32,000 nt of DNA from Candidatus Harpocratesius repetitus. Its GTDB lineage: Archaea; Asgardarchaeota; Lokiarchaeia; Sigyniarchaeales; Promethearchaeaceae. The stretch is from NCBI GenBank assembly GCA_021498095.1, contig JAIZWK010000001.1, positions 1,950,001 to 1,982,000 of the forward strand, read 5' to 3'. Below, piece by piece: positions 27,529 to 32,000 of the stretch; position 1 is the first letter of the stretch, and each line of letters opens with the position of its first letter. The translations under genes and the position numbers were made by a program. The notes beneath the pieces are model-generated. The model did not search any database, was not told where the DNA came from, and worked only from the letters and a program-made list of their open reading frames with translations.

Positions 27529-28821
27529 ATGCTAAATATAAAATCTGGAACTAAATCAGAAGAACTGCAAAGAGAAAGTCAAATACAGGAACAATTGCAG
27601 GAGAAAATACATGATTATATGCACTATCAAAAATTAAATAGGAATTTATGGTTGATGTATTTCATCCGAGGTTTTTCTAGCATCCATTTCTTCGGATCTG
27701 TAATGATATTATTTTTCGAAGATTGGGGAGGTATTTCTTTCTCTGAAATCATGGTCTTGGAAGCTATTTTCACCGGTGGAATATTTATATTAGAAATCCC
27801 TACAGGAACTATAGCTGATAAATACAGCCGCCGACTCTCTCTAATATTTTCCTATATGGTAAATATTATTGCCATATTTATATATGTCAGTCATGCGAGT
27901 TTCATAACATTTGCTTTGGGAGAGATCACTTGGGCTGCAGCAACCGCATTAAATTCAGGCGCCTCTGATGCATTTCTTTATGATACATTAGTTGAATTAG
28001 AACAAGAGCATCGATCAAAAAAGATCTTTGCCCGTTTGCAAAAAATTGGATTAACTACCATGATCATTGGAAGTCTTTCAGGCGGATTCATTGCTGTTAA
28101 CTTTGGGCTCAGTGCCACTATGTTATTCTCAGCATTTCCTTTGATCATTGCCTTAGGGTTGAGTTTTGCTTTGGAAGAGCCTGTAACTCATCAAACAAGT
28201 CGAAAAGATAGTCCTTGGGAAATCTTTGCAAAAGGATGGAAGAATATTCGCAGTAATGCTTCTCTTAAAAGATTAATTGCGGATTCAGTCGTTCTTTCGG
28301 TTGTTGCATATTATATCCTATGGATCTGGCAAAAGCGCGTAAATTCATTAGCTTTAGATGTTACATGGTTTGGATTGATCCATACAGGGATGATTGTCGC
28401 CCAAATCTTGATCTTATCGGTTTTCCGTCCATTAGAGCGAAAATTTGAAGCCCGTGGGTGGCAAAAAGCCAAGTTGTTGATCATTCAAGGGACTTCATTC
28501 GGAACCGGGCTTGGAATCTTGCTTATGGGAATATTCGATACTCTTTGGGTGGTTATCCTAAGCATTATTTTAGGTGCTGGATTAGGGCTCTCTCGTAGGG
28601 TTATTCTGACGAATTATATGCAAAAACATATCTCTTCGGAGCAACGTGCCACTACCATTTCTACTGTTTCAATGATTCGAATGGTTCTTTTACTCGTACT
28701 CAACCCGATCATTGGCAAAGCGGTTGAATACAGTATGTTGTTGACATTATTGATATTAGGTGGGACGGCTATAATTTGGAGTTTAGCTAATCGCTTACAA
28801 GAATCTGATTTAGTTGATTAA
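27529..28821 (+). CDS. MFS transporter
   Basis: EIPTGTIADKYSRR motif A, SGASDAFLYDTL and QRATTIS motifs, about 12 TM segments. Confidence 0.9.
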   Translation: MLNIKSGTKSEELQRESQIQEQLQEKIHDYMHYQKLNRNLWLMYFIRGFSSIHFFGSVMILFFEDWGGISFSEIMVLEAIFTGGIFILEIPTGTIADKYSRRLSLIFSYMVNIIAIFIYVSHASFITFALGEITWAAATALNSGASDAFLYDTLVELEQEHRSKKIFARLQKIGLTTMIIGSLSGGFIAVNFGLSATMLFSAFPLIIALGLSFALEEPVTHQTSRKDSPWEIFAKGWKNIRSNASLKRLIADSVVLSVVAYYILWIWQKRVNSLALDVTWFGLIHTGMIVAQILILSVFRPLERKFEARGWQKAKLLIIQGTSFGTGLGILLMGIFDTLWVVILSIILGAGLGLSRRVILTNYMQKHISSEQRATTISTVSMIRMVLLLVLNPIIGKAVEYSMLLTLLILGGTAIIWSLANRLQESDLVD

Positions 28822-29422
28822 TCCATCATCGTCAGATTCTCTTTTTTTTATTTTTCTTGATTTTCTTTCTTTTTTTATTTTTCAATTTAATTTACAGATA
28901 ATTTTTAAGAAATCTCTAATTTTCGTGCTTGATACTTATCTATCATTTATTAAATCAATAGATCATTTTTTGTGAAGTATAATACATTTTCTCTTCCCAT
29001 TTAGAAAAAACACTCCAAATATCCATACACGCTCGATTTCTGGTTAATGGTTATTCATTTATTTATACATCCATATGCTTCCAAAAAACACTTTTTTTAT
29101 GAACCTTCTTTTCTGATTGCACTAGTTTTAATTTTCTTTTCACTGATATTATACAATTCGAGCTTATTTGTTATGATTTTTTTCATTTCTTGCATGTCCG
29201 GCTCGCCAGTCTATCGTGCATATTTTTTTAGAATATTAATCTATCGGCGAAAATATTTAATTTCAACTAAAAAGATTTGAGTTATAGAATGAAATAATGG
29301 ATCTCTTCTCTTAAATTAACCGGGTAATGTATGAAAATTTTGAATTCCTATCACTATTTTTTTTGTCGAACCACTGAAATCCGTTCATCTTCTTACCCAA
29401 AACACCCCAAAATTCCCAAACA

Positions 29423-29430
29423 TTTAAATA
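29423..29430 (+). promoter_or_regulatory. Putative TATA box (TTTAAATA) of the histone gene
   Basis: TTTAAATA about 100 nt upstream of ATG 29530. A GGAGAG SD-like motif lies just before the ATG. Confidence 0.45.
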
Positions 29431-29529
29431 CTTATTCTGAAATATATTAATTAGATTGCTAATATATATCGGGGAAATAATGCATGTTTTAACCCCAAAA
29501 ACTGCAATCTGTAAAACGGAGAGATTATT

Positions 29530-29748
29530 ATGGCTAAGAAAAAGAGATCATTCGCCTGGTCACCAGTGCGAAAATTAATGAAGAAAAGTGGCGCCAACAT
29601 CGTTGCTCGAGATGCAGTTGAAGCCTTAATCATTGATTTAGAAAAAACCGCTACGAAATTAACCAAGAAAGCTTTGGGTTTTGCTAAACACGCAAAGCGG
29701 AAAAAGATTGCAAAAGAAGATATGGATCTTGCCATTAAATATTTGTAA
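29530..29748 (+). CDS. Archaeal histone (HMf-like fold, short basic N-terminus)
   Basis: Aligns without gaps to the HMfB fold: SPVRKLMK (alpha1), long alpha2, HAKRKKIAKEDMDLA (cf. HAGRKTIKAEDIELA). Confidence 0.93.
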   Translation: MAKKKRSFAWSPVRKLMKKSGANIVARDAVEALIIDLEKTATKLTKKALGFAKHAKRKKIAKEDMDLAIKYL

Positions 29749-29782
29749 TCGTGGCGGATTACGTTTTTTTTCCTTCTTTTTT
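29745..29782 (+). terminator. Hairpin plus T-tract terminator after the histone gene
   Basis: GTAATC-gtggcg-GATTAC stem-loop overlapping the stop codon, followed by a long T-rich run. Confidence 0.6.
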
Positions 29783-30131
29783 CATTTAATGAATCAAATT
29801 TTGTTCTGATTACTTAATAGTTCATCAAATTCAATAGAATAAAAATTTCTAATTATAGAATTAGATCATATTTTTTTTCATGAATAAAGATAATATCATC
29901 TTGGATTAATTCAGAAAGGATAATATTTTCATCGAATGACTAAATTCTTCGAGGTTCTGCATCATTAGCTGGGACAAATATTTTTATTCATGTTTTTTTT
30001 GATCAGCTTACATGAAAAAGACGAGTATAGCAATCAAAGTCATCAGTAATTCCAATATAAATTGATAACAACGATAAGGTAGAATAAGATTCATTCAAAT
30101 GAATTAAAGTAAAATGATGAAAAAATTATTA

Positions 30132-30395
30132 TTAGCTCTCTTCAAACCAAAAACCACAAGTGTCTTTTGTCAAAAATTCCTTATTTGAGCGGGGATATTT
30201 TCGACATGCGATAAAACGGATAGGATATATGGTACATCTTGCTTTATTATTTTCATCATATCTAAGAAAAGGGCATACATTTGGAAGTTTACAACACGCT
30301 CCACAACGATTACATGAGCCTCTGCGTTTTTTGCTCACTGGTAAAAAAATACTAATGGTATTACGGTATAATTTTGCCCAATAATTATTCTTCAT
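30132..30395 (-). CDS. YkgJ-like CxxCxxCC cysteine-cluster (Fe-S/Zn) protein
   Basis: CNRCGACC, CPFL, CTIYPIRFIACRKYP. Confidence 0.85.
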   Translation of the reverse strand: MKNNYWAKLYRNTISIFLPVSKKRRGSCNRCGACCKLPNVCPFLRYDENNKARCTIYPIRFIACRKYPRSNKEFLTKDTCGFWFEES

Positions 30396-30485
30396 ATTAT
30401 ATTTGAATTTGTGTGTTATTTCCTTTTAAATTTTGGAAAAATCAACTTTTATATATAATTTTAGTGATAGTGGGTATTGAAGATA

Positions 30486-30765
30486 ATGAATTCTGAAAGA
30501 ATTGTCAACCAAAATGTGATGAGAATAAACCGATATTCCTATTTCTTCCCGTTAACTAACCAAAAAATAAGTAATGTGAAACTATATGTCCGCGGAGAAT
30601 GCAGAACTACGTGAAATCGTTACTCCAAGCCAAGTGATTGCCTCGGATCCAAGCTTATTAGCTGGAAGAGGTGCAATAAAAGATATCAACGGAGAAATTA
30701 TCTCTATTTTCGTAGGATTAAAAGAAATCCAGGGGAAATACGTAGATGTTATTCCTTTTTGCTAA
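30486..30765 (+). pseudogene. Small ORF pair (42 aa at 30486-30614; 59 aa at 30586-30765), possibly one ~92-aa gene split by a +1 frameshift
   Basis: Both ORFs fall below the track cut-off and were translated by hand. Removing one G at about 30594 joins them as ...KLYVRENAELREIVTP... A TATA-like TTTTATATA lies about 40 nt upstream of ATG 30486. Confidence 0.45.
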
Positions 30766-32000
30766 ACATATTATTTATAATGGAGATGTTTATGCTTCTC
30801 TTCAAAAAATAAAAGATAATTCGATTGATTGTGCAATAACTTCTCCTCCTTATTGGTCACAGCGTAATTATGGATTTGAAAATCAGATTGGAAACGAAAA
30901 AACCCTTGATGAGTATTTTGAAAAATTGCTCTCAATTTATAGCTTATTACGAAAGAAAATTAATAATAAAGGTATTTTTTTCCACAATATTGGTGATAAG
31001 TACATAAACAAATATGGAAATAAACCTCTTGGTATGATTCCATATAAACTAGCATATTTTATGGTTCAAGAAGGATGGATTCTTGAAGATATTATTATCT
31101 GGTATAAACCCAATCACATGCCTTCAAGTGTAAAAAATAGATTTACGAATACTTATGAACCTGTATTTGTTTTTGCAAAAATACCAGATAATTACTATCG
31201 TCTGAATAGGAAATTGAATAATTCCTCTAATATCTTAAAAATAAATCTTCAAACAATTTCTTATGCACATATGGCGACTTTTCCTGAAAAACTTGTTGAA
31301 AGTTTACTAAAATTAGGATTACCAAAAAATGCGACTATTTTAGATCCATTTGCAGGAGCCGGTACGACATGTAAAGCAGTACAAAATTTGAATGAAAGAA
31401 ATAACTTCAAAATGAAAAGCATTATGATTGAAGCTAAATCAGATTATGTTAGCATAATGATGAAAAGATGTAATATTAAAAACGAGAATATTATTGGTAC
31501 TGATTATATTCCTTATGAAAAGAGAAAAATAATCGATAAAATCTCCGTTTCTTCCAATAATATCACTTATGATGATATTAATCCTAAATCTATCATTATA
31601 AAACACTTGAAAACGCAAGAAGAATTCAATGAATTTATTCCTAATTTATTTAATAATGATTATTCTGACAATTTGGATGATGACGGATTACTATTTATTA
31701 TTTTACCTGATCATGATATTGAAAAAGTATATAGTATTTCAAAGGCAAAAAGATGGATTATTCGCAATATGCTTGTTATCCCTACAAAAGATAAGAAGGA
31801 TTGGGTTCCGATCTTTTTTTTAGTTAAAGACACAAAAATGGTTAGATATCAATTTCAAATTGATAATATTCGAATTAATCATCTTCATAAAATCGAAGAA
31901 AACTGGAGAAAGGTTAATTTTTTAGGTTATAAGGTCATAAAATCACAGTCTATTACGAAAAATCCGCAAAATGGGATTATTATAAAAGTAATTGGGAAGT
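30746..32000 (+). CDS. Amino-DNA methyltransferase (beta class, probably N4-mC) with long C-terminal extension; partial, runs off right edge
   Basis: Not in the track because it has no stop in the window. From ATG 30746: IDCAITSPPYWSQRNYG, NIGDKY, IIWYKPNHMP, YEPVFVFAK, HMATFPEKL, ILDPFAGAGTT. Open for 418 codons. Confidence 0.93.
   Translation, partial: MLFLFAKHIIYNGDVYASLQKIKDNSIDCAITSPPYWSQRNYGFENQIGNEKTLDEYFEKLLSIYSLLRKKINNKGIFFHNIGDKYINKYGNKPLGMIPYKLAYFMVQEGWILEDIIIWYKPNHMPSSVKNRFTNTYEPVFVFAKIPDNYYRLNRKLNNSSNILKINLQTISYAHMATFPEKLVESLLKLGLPKNATILDPFAGAGTTCKAVQNLNERNNFKMKSIMIEAKSDYVSIMMKRCNIKNENIIGTDYIPYEKRKIIDKISVSSNNITYDDINPKSIIIKHLKTQEEFNEFIPNLFNNDYSDNLDDDGLLFIILPDHDIEKVYSISKAKRWIIRNMLVIPTKDKKDWVPIFFLVKDTKMVRYQFQIDNIRINHLHKIEENWRKVNFLGYKVIKSQSITKNPQNGIIIKVIGK

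Noticed and set aside
16294-29280. Intergenic ORFs 16294-16503, 26972-27193 and 29047-29280
   Set aside because: They have non-ATG starts or no SD motif and the composition of translated AT-rich non-coding DNA. They cannot be fully excluded without proteomics.
29960-30100. GIY-YIG-like remnant on the minus strand (SIYIGITDDF)
   Set aside because: Only one short motif-like match, with no supporting N- or C-terminal motifs, so chance is likely.
30486-30810. Selenocysteine readthrough of the TGA at 30612
   Set aside because: The readthrough frame is Arg-rich, as expected of an off-frame reading of the +1 ORF. It has no redox motif, and I recognised no SECIS.
1181-31823. Other short track ORFs inside or antisense to longer genes (1181, 1741, 3066, 6738, 12852, 14041, 14393, 15201, 17806, 20355, 20416, 21603, 21882, 23091, 25627, 29451, 30160, 31629)
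   Set aside because: Each overlaps a well-supported gene on the opposite strand or in another frame, and none has a recognisable motif.
1-32000. tRNA, rRNA, transposase or integrase genes
   Set aside because: I saw no T-loop/cloverleaf signatures, extended GC-rich structural RNA, or DDE/tyrosine-recombinase motifs. This was a by-eye check only.

Overview
AT-rich (roughly 30% GC by eye), gene-dense archaeal chromosomal DNA. It is most consistent with an Asgard archaeon (Lokiarchaeia/Promethearchaeia-like). This is an inference from two histone-fold genes, TTTA(A/T)A TATA boxes, GGTGAT/GGAG ribosome-binding motifs and a mosaic of bacterial-type metabolic genes. In order, the window holds: a partial ECF/ABC ATPase with a putative S-component, a solitary lpdA, membrane proteins, a VOC protein, a HEAT-repeat protein, a 1286-aa polytopic membrane protein with a very long coiled coil, an acyl-CoA dehydrogenase, a GlcD-like FAD oxidoreductase, a divergent histone-fold protein, a B12 radical SAM enzyme, a multi-zinc-ribbon protein, a DUF362-ferredoxin, a histidine phosphatase, an orphan N4C/N6A DNA methyltransferase, a PlsC acyltransferase, two MFS transporters, a TupA-like ATP-grasp protein, a canonical-type histone, a YkgJ-like Cys-cluster protein, and a second DNA methyltransferase that runs off the right edge and is missing from the ORF track. 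Non-coding features I found by eye: a 197-bp dispersed repeat in two copies (about 88% identical), a 3x25-bp tandem repeat, a 16-bp repeat array around a TATA box, and several inverted repeats. I saw no rRNA, tRNA, CRISPR array or transposase. The best candidates for novelty are the loop-inserted, alpha3-truncated histone, the giant membrane-anchored coiled-coil protein and the dispersed repeat. All family calls come from motif recognition, not database searches.
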